DNA of 64,000 nt from Psammoneis japonica (lineage: Eukaryota). Below, piece by piece: positions 1-11,856 of this stretch; position 1 is the stretch's first letter; every line of letters starts with the position of its first letter. Below the pieces are notes generated by a model that did no database searches, was not told the origin of the DNA, and saw only the letters and a program-made list of their open reading frames with translations. The stretch is from positions 124,001 through 188,000 of the forward strand of contig QPGO01000004.1 of assembly GCA_008632985.1 (NCBI GenBank), in the 5' to 3' direction. Made by a program: the position numbers and the translations under genes.

Positions 1-418
1 TTGACGAATGACACACGGCTTGAATCAAATCTTGCTTATCCTCAAAGGACGTCTGTAAGAAGGACTTGCGTTGTGGAAAAACCTGATGATAGGCGATGCC
101 AGTAATCCCGCTCCGTTCTTGCAATTGTTCAAAGGCTTCTTGATCAATCAGTTTATCCATTTGCTGTCGCAGAGGTGCCAACAAACGTCCTCGCGCTCCT
201 CCTTGTTGTTCGACCTCGTCTGAAATTTGAATCGTCGCGTCCAAGACCTTGTGGGGGTGAATACCACATGCATGGGCGGCAACGGCAATAGCACCAGCGG
301 ACGACCCCGCAATTGGTGTTTCTGGTGTCAAGTACCCCTTGTCTTGCAAGGTTGTCAACACGCCCATGTGATAGGGCAACAACAAACCGCCGGGGGAGAG
401 AGAAAAACCAATCGTCAT
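1..418 (-). CDS. Patatin-like phospholipase, 5' part (runs off the window start); paralogue of 2923..3774
   Basis: Reverse complement from ATG at 418 reads MTIGFSLSPGGLLLPYHMGVL...PIAGSSAGAIAVAAHACG: glycine-rich loop plus GxSxG nucleophile motif, nearly identical to the N-terminus of 2923..3774. Confidence 0.85.
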   Translation of the reverse strand, partial: MTIGFSLSPGGLLLPYHMGVLTTLQDKGYLTPETPIAGSSAGAIAVAAHACGIHPHKVLDATIQISDEVEQQGGARGRLLAPLRQQMDKLIDQEAFEQLQERSGITGIAYHQVFPQRKSFLQTSFEDKQDLIQAVCHSS

Positions 419-963
419 GGTGGTCAAGTCAAGAGCAGGAGTGTCAACCACCACAGCGGTTGTGGGAATGCTCACCACCTGCCTTGACAGCGGCGGAAAA
501 GAGGCGGGATTGGATTGGAACTGTGACGTGGCAAAAAATCAAACTGAAAAACTTCCCTCCACTATTCGACAGGCGCGCACAACGTACAAAGTGTACTGTG
601 TTCTACATGAATGAGAAGCCGTCTGTCTGCATTCGGATTCGTTGACATCCTGTTGACAACGATGCACGATGCGAAGAATGCGAACTGGAAGAGATCAAAT
701 ATATAATGCAATGAACGTTGAAAGTGGATGGAATGGTACTGGGACAATCGACCGCAACAGCAGCATCGCTTAGGTATGTATCTATTCTCTTGCAAAAAAG
801 GTCAAGTCCATGTTCGTGTTGAGCGCGTAGGAGAATTGGAAAGACGGATTTGCTGCTATCCATAGTAGGGTAGGAGACTCCGCCCCACTACGTCCGTACG
901 ATCCTTTCTAACACACCAGTCTTTCAACTCTTCAATTAAGTTTTCTTCATATCATAACACAAG

Positions 964-2796
964 ATGATGATCCTTGGTCTGTGTTTGACGTTACTTGCTG
1001 GCGTCTCTTGCGCCCAAGCATACAGGAAACCAAATTTCATCGTCATCCTGACCGATGATCAGGGGTTCGATGATTATGGTTTTCGCCAGCCGCCGTTGGA
1101 AACACCAAACATGGACAAGTTGATGAACCATGGCGTGCAGTTTACCCGTTTCTATACCGCATCTGCTTGCGCTCCTACCCGCTCACAACTAATGACGGGG
1201 CGGAACTTTTGGCGCACGGGAACAGCCTCGGTGGGCTTTGGTGGAGATGCGCCACACCTCGATGAGTACCTTCTGGGAGAAGCCTTGCAAGATGCAGGAT
1301 ATGTAACGGGAATGGTTGGAAAATGGAACCTTGGTACATCCGACGCGGACCTTCCGCATCGGCGTGGCTTCAATGAAACTTGGGAAGTGATTGCAGAAGA
1401 AATAAGAAGCCGTGGCAAGTATTTTCCTTTCAGTGCGCCATTTGCTCACAACGGGTCTCCTGTTGGTGAAATACGGGGCTGGCAAGTAGAACGCATCACT
1501 GATAAAGGACTTGACTTTATTGAACGCCATACAGAAGAACCTTTCTTCCTTTATCTTCCCTATCCTCAACCACATGAACCGTGGGCTTGCCGATGGAAGT
1601 ATCAAGAGAAGTACATCAACAAGGGCATTGGAGAGTCCTACGCCATGCTCCTTGGTAATCTAGAGCAACTCGATTCCCAAGTTGGGCGAATTCTTGAAAC
1701 CTTGGAGAGGAACGACCTCTCTGATGACACTATTGTGTTTTTCTTTGGTGACAACGGCCCTACGCCCAAAACTCGACTCCTCCGTTGGCAAAACGACAGA
1801 TTCGAGCTGACTGGAGCTGAGTACACACTTAACGATACGGAGTGGGCTGCACGGAACCCTACAGGTCTGAGATCAAAAAAGGCAACTGGATGGGAGAATG
1901 CGGTTCGTAACCGGCTTGCTGTTTATTGCCCGGCTAAATTCAGGGCGAAAGAAGTTCAAGAAATGACTGTGGTGTACGATATCTATCCCACATTGCTGCA
2001 ATTGGCGGGATATTTAGATGTACGCAAAACACTACGCCCGCGCATGAATGGAAGAAGTTTTCAGCGATTGCTGGTTCGTGACAATGCCTACTGGCCACAA
2101 CAACGCGCGTACTTTACTGGCGAGACTGGTAAACCTAAGGCTTACAAGGCATCAGATGGCTGGTCCTACCGTTTCACCAAGTCGCATTCACTTCCAATCG
2201 ATGAGAGAAGCACTTCTTTTGTACTGGGTGACTGGGTAGTCGTCAATGATAATGGCACCTGGGGACTGTTTGACCTGTCGCGCGACCCGAAACAGGAGAA
2301 AGACCTCAAAGACATTTTGCCCGCAACCTTTCACAGAATGCAGCAAGGCTATTTCTCAGAGCTGGAAAGCATCCGTGGGGAACCTCATGCGTGGTCAGAC
2401 CCAGTTCAACTTATTGGCCTTCCCGGTGTTGAGCAACCGTACCTAGAGATGGAGTATGCATACCGCTTCAAGGGTAAGAACGCCTTCACATGGGCGAATT
2501 CGTTTTTCGAGGAAGTTGGAGCCACCCAGGAAATGAAAGTCAGAGTCCTCGAGAGAGCAACGTACGATGTTGAACTTCGCGCTGAGAGGGTACCGGGGGG
2601 AACAACGATCCAGCTTCGAGGTGGTTGGGACACGCGCACTGTTCTTTTGAATACAGAAAAGAAGTACCACTATATTGGCCGCTTCACCTTCCCTGTAGGA
2701 GATCAATCCATATCAACAACAGTTGTCGACTCCCATGATTGGGAAGGTCTGAGAAAAATGTTGGCTTGGAGTTTGCGTCTCACGAAAGTGTACTAG
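964..2796 (+). CDS. Secreted formylglycine-dependent sulfatase (arylsulfatase-like, family S1)
   Basis: 610 aa intronless ORF; signal peptide, KPNFIVILTDDQG, CAPTR (CxPxR) motif, GKWNLG, PFFLYL..PHEP, FFGDNG, LFDLSRDPKQE. Confidence 0.93.
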   Translation: MMILGLCLTLLAGVSCAQAYRKPNFIVILTDDQGFDDYGFRQPPLETPNMDKLMNHGVQFTRFYTASACAPTRSQLMTGRNFWRTGTASVGFGGDAPHLDEYLLGEALQDAGYVTGMVGKWNLGTSDADLPHRRGFNETWEVIAEEIRSRGKYFPFSAPFAHNGSPVGEIRGWQVERITDKGLDFIERHTEEPFFLYLPYPQPHEPWACRWKYQEKYINKGIGESYAMLLGNLEQLDSQVGRILETLERNDLSDDTIVFFFGDNGPTPKTRLLRWQNDRFELTGAEYTLNDTEWAARNPTGLRSKKATGWENAVRNRLAVYCPAKFRAKEVQEMTVVYDIYPTLLQLAGYLDVRKTLRPRMNGRSFQRLLVRDNAYWPQQRAYFTGETGKPKAYKASDGWSYRFTKSHSLPIDERSTSFVLGDWVVVNDNGTWGLFDLSRDPKQEKDLKDILPATFHRMQQGYFSELESIRGEPHAWSDPVQLIGLPGVEQPYLEMEYAYRFKGKNAFTWANSFFEEVGATQEMKVRVLERATYDVELRAERVPGGTTIQLRGGWDTRTVLLNTEKKYHYIGRFTFPVGDQSISTTVVDSHDWEGLRKMLAWSLRLTKVY

Positions 2797-2922
2797 GGAA
2801 CATAGCTTGTCCTCTTCGTAGCCTTAATTTCGTGGACATACCGGTATATGGTCCTACCACCCACTTATATGTTGCGTGTAGCTTTGAGGGCTGCAAAAAT
2901 ACAATCGATGAAAATCTCTACT

Positions 2923-3774
2923 CTAGTTTAGTAGAAAAGAATCAGTCTGATTTTCTTCCCATTTTTGTTGTCGTCGACGAACTTCTTTTTGACACCATTT
3001 TTCCGCATCGGCCATACCCGACTCGTACATTTCATTCATGACTTCTGGTGATGACGACTGGAGGACAAGCTTCAGTAGAGTTAGGATACTGTTTGTTTTG
3101 CTGCAGGGACTGATTTCATCATTTGTGTCTGCGTCGTCTGACGGATTCCTCAGGCGAATCTTACTAAGAGGAATCACAGACACATTCACGGTCCGCTTGA
3201 CTTGCGAACCATGCGTTTCTCGCAGGACTTTCAAGTCGGGACAACCAAATCGACAATGAGAAACAGTAAAAATCCCATCCACTAGCAGCCGTGGCAACCA
3301 TCCCTCACCACTCGTATCAATGGCAAAGGGCAAGTTGGTGGTGAAGAAAGGAAAAGCAGACGAGTGACAAATTGCTTGGATCAACTCTTGTCGGCTTTGG
3401 AATGAAGTTTGTAAGAAGGACTTGCTTCGAGGAAACACTTGACGATACGCCACTCCGGTGATTCCGCTCCGTTGTTGCAATCGAACAAAAGCGGCTTCAT
3501 CAATCATTTTCTCCAATTGTTGACGAAGCGGCTTCAACAATCGTCCTCGGGCACCTCCTTGCTGTTCGGCAGCGTTCGAAATTTGAATCGTGGCATCCAC
3601 GACCTTGAGGGGATGAATACCACAGGCATGGGCTGCAACAGCAATCGCACCTGCCGATGAGCCCGCAATGGGCGTTTCGTCCGTCAAGAAGCCATTGTCC
3701 TCCAGGTTTTTCAACACACCCATGTGGTAGGGCAACAACAAACCTCCGGCTGAAAGAGAGAAAGCAATCGTCAT
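2923..3774 (-). CDS. Patatin-like phospholipase
   Basis: 283 aa; SAGGLLLPYHMGV, GSSAG and LVDG motifs of the patatin Ser-Asp dyad. Confidence 0.88.
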   Translation of the reverse strand: MTIAFSLSAGGLLLPYHMGVLKNLEDNGFLTDETPIAGSSAGAIAVAAHACGIHPLKVVDATIQISNAAEQQGGARGRLLKPLRQQLEKMIDEAAFVRLQQRSGITGVAYRQVFPRSKSFLQTSFQSRQELIQAICHSSAFPFFTTNLPFAIDTSGEGWLPRLLVDGIFTVSHCRFGCPDLKVLRETHGSQVKRTVNVSVIPLSKIRLRNPSDDADTNDEISPCSKTNSILTLLKLVLQSSSPEVMNEMYESGMADAEKWCQKEVRRRQQKWEENQTDSFLLN

Positions 3775-4165
3775 GGTGAAGAAGGAATTTTCAAGAGGTG
3801 CAGTCGTCCGCTTGGTTTAGTTGAACATGACTTGGTCCGCGTTGATCCATCACATCCGTCATCCCCTCTCAGTTTTCAAATAATAATCATCGCCAATCAA
3901 CGTCGCAAAAAATGAGGGAAAATCCGGATGCGACAAATCATAATCCATATGTAAATTTTTATCCTTATATTCATTCACAAAGATTCTATGCATCAAAGAT
4001 TTTCTGAAGATTTTTCGAAAAAATCGCATCATGATTTGTCATGAGTCATGATGGCGAGCATTCTCAACGAACATTGCTTCCCTTATTCTGTTTGCTGCAT
4101 GCTCTTGCTTTGCTAGATAGACGCTGTTCTCTTTCAAAGTGTATTTGTAAACATTCATCACGCTC

Positions 4166-5246
4166 ATGATTATAATCAACCCTCCTCTTGCTATTTACAA
4201 ACACTTGGCAGCACTGAGTTTCTTTCTCGCCGGTATCTTTAGCGATCTCTTGATTATTCGCCTCTGTTTGTCCTCGGCCTATGTCTTTCTCATTACAAAT
4301 TGTCTCTGCGGATCACCGTTTTGGCCATATCTGCTTCGTCCCAATCACTTGACGGTGGACATGTTGGTGTGGGGTGTTTGTTGCTTTTACGTTCACATGG
4401 CGAGCGTCGTTCGACTGCTCTTGGACGAACAACATGTCGAGCTCGACGAACATCAAGAAGCGCTGTGGAGAATGTTTTATCGTGTAGGAGGGCTGTCGAG
4501 AAAGATATTTCAGCATCAGATTGCAAAATACATGGAGGTGGCTGTCTATAAGGAGGGTGAGAAAATTCCGGTCGATCAATACTTTCACATTACCTATCAA
4601 GGATGTGTTGAAATTCAAGTGTACGAGGAAGACGCCGGTAAAGAAAATCCGTCATTCCCATACTGCCGTCGATGGCAGTGGGTGCATGTTTGATTTCAAA
4701 AATCTCGGATTACTACAACCAAATACCAATCCCATGACCAAACACAAGCTCAAGGTGACGGCGAAAAGCAAGTGCACCTTTTTCCAGTTTGCCAATGAGG
4801 ATATTCACAAAATTGTACATTCCAATGTCAATCAAAAGTCTGTTTGGCAAACTGTCTTTATCGGAATATTGGCTCGCATTGCGGTTCAACGAATTCAAGA
4901 AGACCAAGTCGATCCCAAGCGAGCCGATCCGCAACACTTGGATCCGCTCTTTTTGCCACTGAATCCATCGGAAAAGCCCAATCCCGTTCTTGCCGGATCG
5001 GGTCAAGCTCTAACGCAGCCTTTGCAGCACATTGCGTATTGTATGAATCGATTCTTTACACCACCGTGGCCCTTTTCGGCGCACATGATTGGAGTTCGTC
5101 ACGCCATGATGCCTGCTCCGATACCCAGTGACGAAATGACGGAAACCCTGAGAGAAAGTATTCAAATGAATGATGAAGATGAATACAAAGCCTTGTTGCA
5201 AAACAGAGATGCCACGAGTTCTAGCAAATACAAGGCGATTGTTTAA
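4166..5246 (+). CDS. Popeye-domain (BVES/POPDC-like) membrane protein, split by an apparent frameshift near 4640-4660
   Basis: ORF 4166..4693 has three hydrophobic helices (HLAALSFFLAG..DLLIIRLCL..DMLVW) then a cNMP-fold-like start; it continues in ORF 4521..5246 (GSGCMFDF...VTAKSKCTFFQF). Confidence 0.6.
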
Positions 5247-5853
5247 AAGTGTTGCACTCTTGGCTAGCTCGAGGGCTAACGATTTTGTCTCGAAATTTTG
5301 AAAATGCACCGCACCTTATTATGAACATGTACAGTACATACAAGAAATCTTTTTTCCATAATTCACAAATTCACCAACTCGTCACTTTTCTGGACTCTAG
5401 AGCTCTAGCCTCTCTCTAGAGAGCTAGCTACTATAAAATATATAAAGTAGTGTAAGCTTGACACATTCGCAAAAGGAAAGAGAAAAAATTCACGCAGATT
5501 CACGCGAGAAGCGGTCGATCAAGAAGCAGTCGAATTAGTCTTGGAAATGAGAAAGAATATTACTCTGCATACATGGCAATATATATTCGTAATGACGACG
5601 CACAGTTCGCATCCAAGCGGTATGAAAAACATTCAGGCATATTTATTCTATTGAAAACTCACGTCAGCTCCAACACAAAACTCCGAGATTGTTGCGGGAA
5701 GAAGTGAGCTGGAGAATGGCGTGGCTGTGCAGTGTTCATTGAATTTGGAGAGGAGACGGTGTCAACCAACAGCCAATAATTTTGTCTGTCTCTTGAAAGC
5801 AGAAAGCAGTGTCAGCAGCGCCAAACAAAAAGTTAGTTGTTTTGTTGTTAACC

Positions 5854-7542
5854 ATGACTAGTACGTCTCGACGACGACATGACGACGATGATGCTCCTCC
5901 TCCCGAAGTAGAAGAGCCGTCATATGAAAGGAGCAGCATTCAAGCCCGCATTGAAGATCCTCGTGAATGGGAACTCTGTCTGTTGGATCCACACAAGGCA
6001 TCGCCCGATTCCAAATACGAACGATACGATGTCACGGTCGATCACGAAGCGGGTGATCGAGCGACACAAATCAAGTTGTGCAGTTTCAAACGTCCTCATA
6101 TGCGTGCCATGCACTGTGCGTGGATCTCGTTCTTTTTGGCTTTTACGATTTGGTTTGCGCCCGCTCCGCTTCTCAAGGAGATTCAAGATGATTTAGATCT
6201 AACCAAACAAGAAGTGTGGACGTCGAGCATCACGAATGATCTGACAGCCTTTTTCATGCGAGTCATTATGGGACCCATTTGTGATTCTCATGGTGCGCGA
6301 CTTCCCATGGCGGCTGTTTTGATTGTGGCATCGATCCCCACCGCCATGGTGGGACTTGTGGGCAGTGCTGCGGGCCTGTCGGTACTTCGTTTCTTTATTG
6401 GAATTGCTGGAAGTTCCTTTGTCATGGCTCAAGTGTGGCCGTCTCGTATGTTTTCTCGTGAAGTATCTGGTACAGCAAACGGTCTAGTTGGAGGATGGGG
6501 AAACTTGGGAGGAGCCTTTACACAAGCCTTTATGGGTTCGCTCTTGTTTCCAGCCTTTACGGATCTATACGATGGTGATTCGGAAAAGGCCTGGCGCACC
6601 ATTTGTGTCATTCCCGCAGCCATGGCTTGCACGTGGGGGTTTATTCTACCCTTTATTTCAGACGATGCTCCCATGGGCAATTACCGTGAAATGCGAAAGA
6701 ACGGAAGCATGGATCGAATCCTCTTTACCACCTCGTTGCGACAGGGAGTTACGATCAATACGTGGATGTTGTTTTTGCAATACGCGTGTTCGTTTGGTGT
6801 GGAACTCGTAATGAACAATGCCGCAGTGTTGTACTATACGAGTGAGTTTGGTTTGTCCACCGAAGAAGCTGCCGGCTTGGGATTTATCTATGGCTCCATG
6901 AACATTTTTGCGCGTGGTCTCGGTGGATGGCTCAGTGATCGTCTCAATCTCAATACGGTATGCGAGGTCGCTTGTGGCTACAGACGATTCTGCTCTTGCT
7001 GGAAGGAGCCATTGTTTTGTCTTTGCTATACAAAAACTCTTGCGGCTGCGGTGGTGACCATGTGTATCTTTTCCATCTTTACCCAAGCCGCCGAGGGTGC
7101 GATTTATGGCGTGGTTCCATATGTGAGCAAACTGTACACGGGATCCGTGGCGGGTATTGTCGGTTCTGGAGGAAACGCGGGCAGTGTCATTTTTGGTCTT
7201 GGATTTCGTGGTTTGGATTACAGAGACGCCTTCATCATGATGGGAAGTTTCGCCATGGCCTCGTCGGCATTGAGCTTTTTCATTCGCATCCCCTGCCACG
7301 CGGGCTTGATTTCGGGTGAGGACAATCACGCGGTAATTCAAGCACGAGAACGCCACATGCGCCGTCGCGAGTTGGAGCGACAAGCCGAGGCTGCTCGTCA
7401 AGCTGCCGGCGAGACGATTGACAATTCCGACGGTGATGTCGACGCCAGCGATGATAACGATGAGGTCCATGAAAAGGAGGTTGATGTGAAGGAGCCTCAG
7501 GTTACCTCTGAGCAGAACGAGGCGGGCTCTGACGACGTTTGA
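5854..7542 (+). CDS. NRT2: High-affinity nitrate transporter, NRT2/NNP family (MFS)
   Basis: RPHMRAMHCAWISFFLAFTIWFA, GTANGLVGGWGNLGGA, YACSFGVEL, FARGLGGWLSD, GIVGSGGNAG. The conserved MRGRLW segment lies in another frame (6960-7020) between compensating indels. Confidence 0.93.
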   Translation: MTSTSRRRHDDDDAPPPEVEEPSYERSSIQARIEDPREWELCLLDPHKASPDSKYERYDVTVDHEAGDRATQIKLCSFKRPHMRAMHCAWISFFLAFTIWFAPAPLLKEIQDDLDLTKQEVWTSSITNDLTAFFMRVIMGPICDSHGARLPMAAVLIVASIPTAMVGLVGSAAGLSVLRFFIGIAGSSFVMAQVWPSRMFSREVSGTANGLVGGWGNLGGAFTQAFMGSLLFPAFTDLYDGDSEKAWRTICVIPAAMACTWGFILPFISDDAPMGNYREMRKNGSMDRILFTTSLRQGVTINTWMLFLQYACSFGVELVMNNAAVLYYTSEFGLSTEEAAGLGFIYGSMNIFARGLGGWLSDRLNLNTVCEVACGYRRFCSCWKEPLFCLCYTKTLAAAVVTMCIFSIFTQAAEGAIYGVVPYVSKLYTGSVAGIVGSGGNAGSVIFGLGFRGLDYRDAFIMMGSFAMASSALSFFIRIPCHAGLISGEDNHAVIQARERHMRRRELERQAEAARQAAGETIDNSDGDVDASDDNDEVHEKEVDVKEPQVTSEQNEAGSDDV

Positions 7543-7749
7543 GTCACGACCTGATGCTCTCTTTCAGCTCTGCGGCATGGTGGAACGAACCCAACCGCAA
7601 AACACATGGGCTACGCTATTCTATCAATTTTGTCGTCGAGCGGAACACTTTTTTAGTCTCATCTGGTTCCGTCGACTTTTGTTAAACTACATAAGAGTAT
7701 GTGTTGCATCGACAGCAACCATTTGTTACTTGGTAACTAATACGTACTA

Positions 7750-9046
7750 TTATCGAAATCCACACTTTTTGATTTCGTTCTGATATTCAAAGGTGGTTCC
7801 GCTTCGAGCGTTGCACTGATAGTTCGTGTTGAGGCTGACAATAAAGTGAAACCAATAGGTTGGCAAGTACATTGCGTCCCCCGCCTGCATGACGACTTCG
7901 TTCACTTGAGCATTGCCAAAGTCGGGAAATTCCTTGAGATCGGGCTTGGACCAATTTACGGCCGAGTGCCGTCCAGACGGATGAGTTTGCGGGAACAGCA
8001 CCATATTTTTGCATTGATTGGGATGTGCCAGTATATACCGACGCTCACCACCCAACAAGACAATAAAATTGCGGCTCTGATCGTAATGCGTTTCTGCAAT
8101 AACACCCTTCATGCCAAATCGCAATTGATCCCACGTTGATCCTTTGGATTCACCATGAAAAATGACGGTTTCTTGGGAGAAAACATGGGCAACTCATTGT
8201 ACATGAATCCACTTTGTCCTTTGTAGGCGGCATTGATTCTCAAATACCAATGCTCGTGTTCTGCTTGGTTGTCATATCGTTCAATCGCTTCTGCCTTTTC
8301 AAGCCACTCCCGTACGAAAGTTTGGTGATCTCCGTTGGTTCCGTCCATCCGGGTGGAAGATTCCTTCGGTTTTTCCAGTACATCATGTGATTGTTCTTAC
8401 TGTATTCCGTCTTGTACTGTTGATGATGCAATAGATCAAACAAATAATGCCCATCGTTTCGATTCCAACGTTCTGAAGTTTGCCATAGGTCTGGATGATT
8501 TTGAATGACAAAAGGCACTTCTGCTTCACGATATCGCAGTGCTTTCTCGTAGTCATTTTCCCAGTCAAATATACAGAGGCCTTGAAAAATCCGTTTTGGT
8601 TCTGGTAGCGATGTATCATCGGGATTCCAGTTTCCAATTACATCCATAACGTTCCAAGCCATGGGGTAACCCTTGGGCGGATCTGCTGGGCAGTTGTGAA
8701 TGTCATACGGCATGCCGGATTGAGTCTGATAGGTATTTCTTCTCAGCCCAGTAACATAATCATGAATGCGCTTTCGATCTGACGGTGGAAACATTGATTC
8801 AAAATCATACTTTAGTCTTTTGAACTTGTCCAATGCCTTTGGATCAACAATTTTAGAGCGGCCATAAGGATCTACCCGGTCATGCACCCCAAGCATTGAC
8901 AGATCGACTTGGGCCGGATTTTCATTTTCCAGCTCATTCAAAGAGTGATGCAAAACAATGCCAGTCAGAATAAAAGTAACAACTGCACACACGATCAATC
9001 GTCCAACGACGACGCTGTTCTTCATGAAGTGCTGCGATGCCGCCAT
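7750..9046 (-). CDS. JmjC/cupin-like 2OG-Fe(II) oxygenase with N-terminal membrane anchor; two apparent frameshifts (~8310, ~8120)
   Basis: Three overlapping ORFs (8240..9046, 8109..8348, 7750..8124) join into one protein; HYD...GERRYILAHP...AGDAMYLPTYWFHFI gives the HxD...H triad; TM segment LIVCAVVTFILTGIVL. Confidence 0.8.
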
Positions 9047-11632
9047 GGTGGGTCAACTTTGTCGTGTCGCTGTCGTGTCGAGTGTTGTGTGCAGTGAAAA
9101 GCGGAAGAGAATTTTTGCGCTGCGCGGAGTTCGCAGTTCGGATCTTTTTGATGGATCTTGAAGCCATGTCCGTCCCTGTTGACTCTGGGGGCACCGTATG
9201 AGTTGAGACAGTGCCCTTTCTGAAGGCTGCGCTAGCTGCAGAGGAGAGCTGTGCCCAGAAACAAGAGAGCCCTCTAGAAAAGGTAGACAATGGAGGATGA
9301 TGCAACCAAGACTGTGCACAGGCTCATTGGAAAGCGCTGAAACTGTGCCAAGAGGATGTGTGAGAAATGAGCGCATGATGTCGTCAACACAGGGAACAAA
9401 CTCTCAGTGGCATCCACCAACAAATGACAAACAACCAGTTGCAATGACAATGACCAGCTGTGGCAACTGATGGAGCTCTGTTCACAAATGCTCAGCCTTG
9501 TCAGCGGCTGCACACCTGCGTGCGCTGTGCACCCGCCAGACACTTGTTGAGTCACGAGATGCCTGTTCTCTGGGGGGCCTGCAATGCCTCAAGTTCATGA
9601 TGTGTGTGCAAGTGCCCATCCCACACTCTTGCCCCCCACTCCGGGGCAAAGCGGTGGCTACGCTGCATGTCTGCAGAACCTCAAGTTCATGATGTGCACG
9701 AAGTGCCCCATCCCCACATTCCACGACCACACCCATCCAGGGTGTCACACCCAAAGCCATGTGCGCAATGACAACGTTGATGTCTGTTCATCAGAAGAGT
9801 TGCACACACAGCCAGGAAGTGCCAACAGTTTTTCTGACATTGTGGCTGACCAGTTGCTGCCAACAAGAAATCAGCAGCCCGCTGACAACTTACGACTGAG
9901 ACAATGGCAGCTCTCTCTCAATGGGCTGTGTTGAAGGCAATCAATTGGCTTCTTTTGGGAGTGATCGGCCCCATTGTCAAGAACAAAAGAGCATGACTGC
10001 AACAAAGAAAACTGCCAAATTCGTCATGTCATTGTCTTGCCATTGGCCTGGCAACACTTACCATGTGGCAGACCCATGTTCCCCAGTGCATCAAAGATGC
10101 TGCAGGGACCATGACTGTGGCAACATTTTATGTCGGTCACAACAAGACAATTGGTGGTGCTTGTTGTGCATGAAAACTGCAGCTGAAGACCAGACAAGCC
10201 CAGTCCACACCCAGTGGGATGGAGGCGCCAACAACACAGCAGAAAAAATGTGCGCCTGTCTTCAAAAGTCTGCTTCCTGGAAGGTGCAAGAGCTTCACAG
10301 CCATTTCTAGATCAGCCTGGAAGATGATGGCAAATGCTGAAAGAAGCACATTTGCAAACAATGCCGGCACACACTGTTGACAATCAACTGTGCAGAGCTT
10401 GACATGAGGAAGTGCCGAGAGGCCATGAAGTGAGTTTCAGAGGAACAATGAAAAGAAAATGATTGGCTCGGCAAATGCAGTCATCCATGTGGAAAAATCA
10501 GGTGCAGTTGGAAGAAGTGACCACTGCAAACATGTTCTCTCTTGAGAGGCCAAAGAAACAAGACAAGAAATGTGAGAATGTCATGGAGGCAGAATTGCAC
10601 AGAAAAAATGTGCTGCCATTGGGAACAAGAACGCAAAGAGCACAGCTGCCATGTCAGCAACGCTGCTCCTGAACAAAGGCACAGTGGATCATCCCCTCCA
10701 ACACCTTTGGTGTCTCTGTCATGGCACAGCTGCCATTTGTTCTAAAGTGCCCAAGGAGGTTGGCACAGTGCCAAAACTCTTGCTTGGGACAATCCCATGG
10801 GTGCTTGCGCAGAAAAGCAGGAAACTGCAGTGAATGAAAACATTGAGGCTCATTTCTGTGCACACACACCCAAGTTGTTGATCCTTGGTTGTCGTTGTTC
10901 ATTGGCCAGAGCACACTGACAATTTGAGCTGTTTGCTTGTCAGCTGGTGTGCTTTCTGCAATTTTGGCTTTCAGCGACACTTGCTTGCCACCCTGGCAAT
11001 GTTGACAATGTTCAGTGCATGCTCTCATGCTCTTGCTCCATGCTGTCATTCTGTCACCTTTGCTCCCTCTGTTCTTCAAACCACCACCCCGTTGTTTGCC
11101 CCATTGCCTCTTGCAGCCTGCCCTGCATCTTGGCATTCTTGGCTGTGCTGGTTGGCTGGCTCATCATGCCTGCTCCAATCTTTCATGCTTCAAAGAGAGC
11201 CAGTTTTTGTGACAGCTTTTTGTTGCAAGATGTGAAAGAAAAATCCCTGGCACGTTTTCTTTGGCAAGTGTGGTGCAATGCTGCTGTTTTTGCTCACCTG
11301 TGTGCAACGCTGCAGCACTTTGTTTCTTGTCCTTGGCTGATTTTGTCAACTTGTCTGAGTTTCAAGAAATGAAAAAGCACAAAAGGAAAGCAGCAGTTTG
11401 TTGTTGTTTGCCACAAGCTGCCTGCTCCCGTGTCAAACCTCTGACCTCTTGTCTTTCCCGCGGCGCTGGCATTTCTTTGTGTTGGCAGGTGCAGAGCCCT
11501 GGGTGTTGTTGGTGCCTTCAATCAGGTGCAGCACCTGTGTTTTCAAAGAGGACTTGTGTTTTGGCTCTTGTGATCTCGGCCAGCTCTTTGTGAGAAAGAC
11601 ATTTCACATTTGTGCTGACCTCTGCACACCAG

Positions 11633-11856
11633 CTTGTTTGTTTGTTTGTTTGTTTGTTTGCTTGCTTGCTTGCTTGTTTGTTTGTTTGTTTGTTTGTTTG
11701 TTTGTTTGCTTGTTTGCTTGTTTGCTTGTTTGTTTGCTTGTTTGTTTGCTTGTTTGTTTGCTTGTTTGCTTGCTTGCTTGCTTGCTTGTTTGTTTGTTTG
11801 TTTGTTTGTTTGTTTGTTTGTTTGTTTGTTTGTTTGTTTGTTTGTTTGTTTGTTTG
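11633..11856. repeat. (TTTG)n/(CTTG)n tetranucleotide microsatellite
   Basis: Directly visible ~224 bp tract. Confidence 0.97.

Noticed and set aside
6658..7470. 270 aa antisense ORF over NRT2 (and similar shadow ORFs over other genes)
   Set aside because: Shadow of a well-supported gene on the opposite strand.
9587..9722. Two ~40 bp similar segments (cctcaagttcatgatgtg...) about 92 bp apart
   Set aside because: Only two degenerate copies inside hypermutated DNA; no function can be supported.
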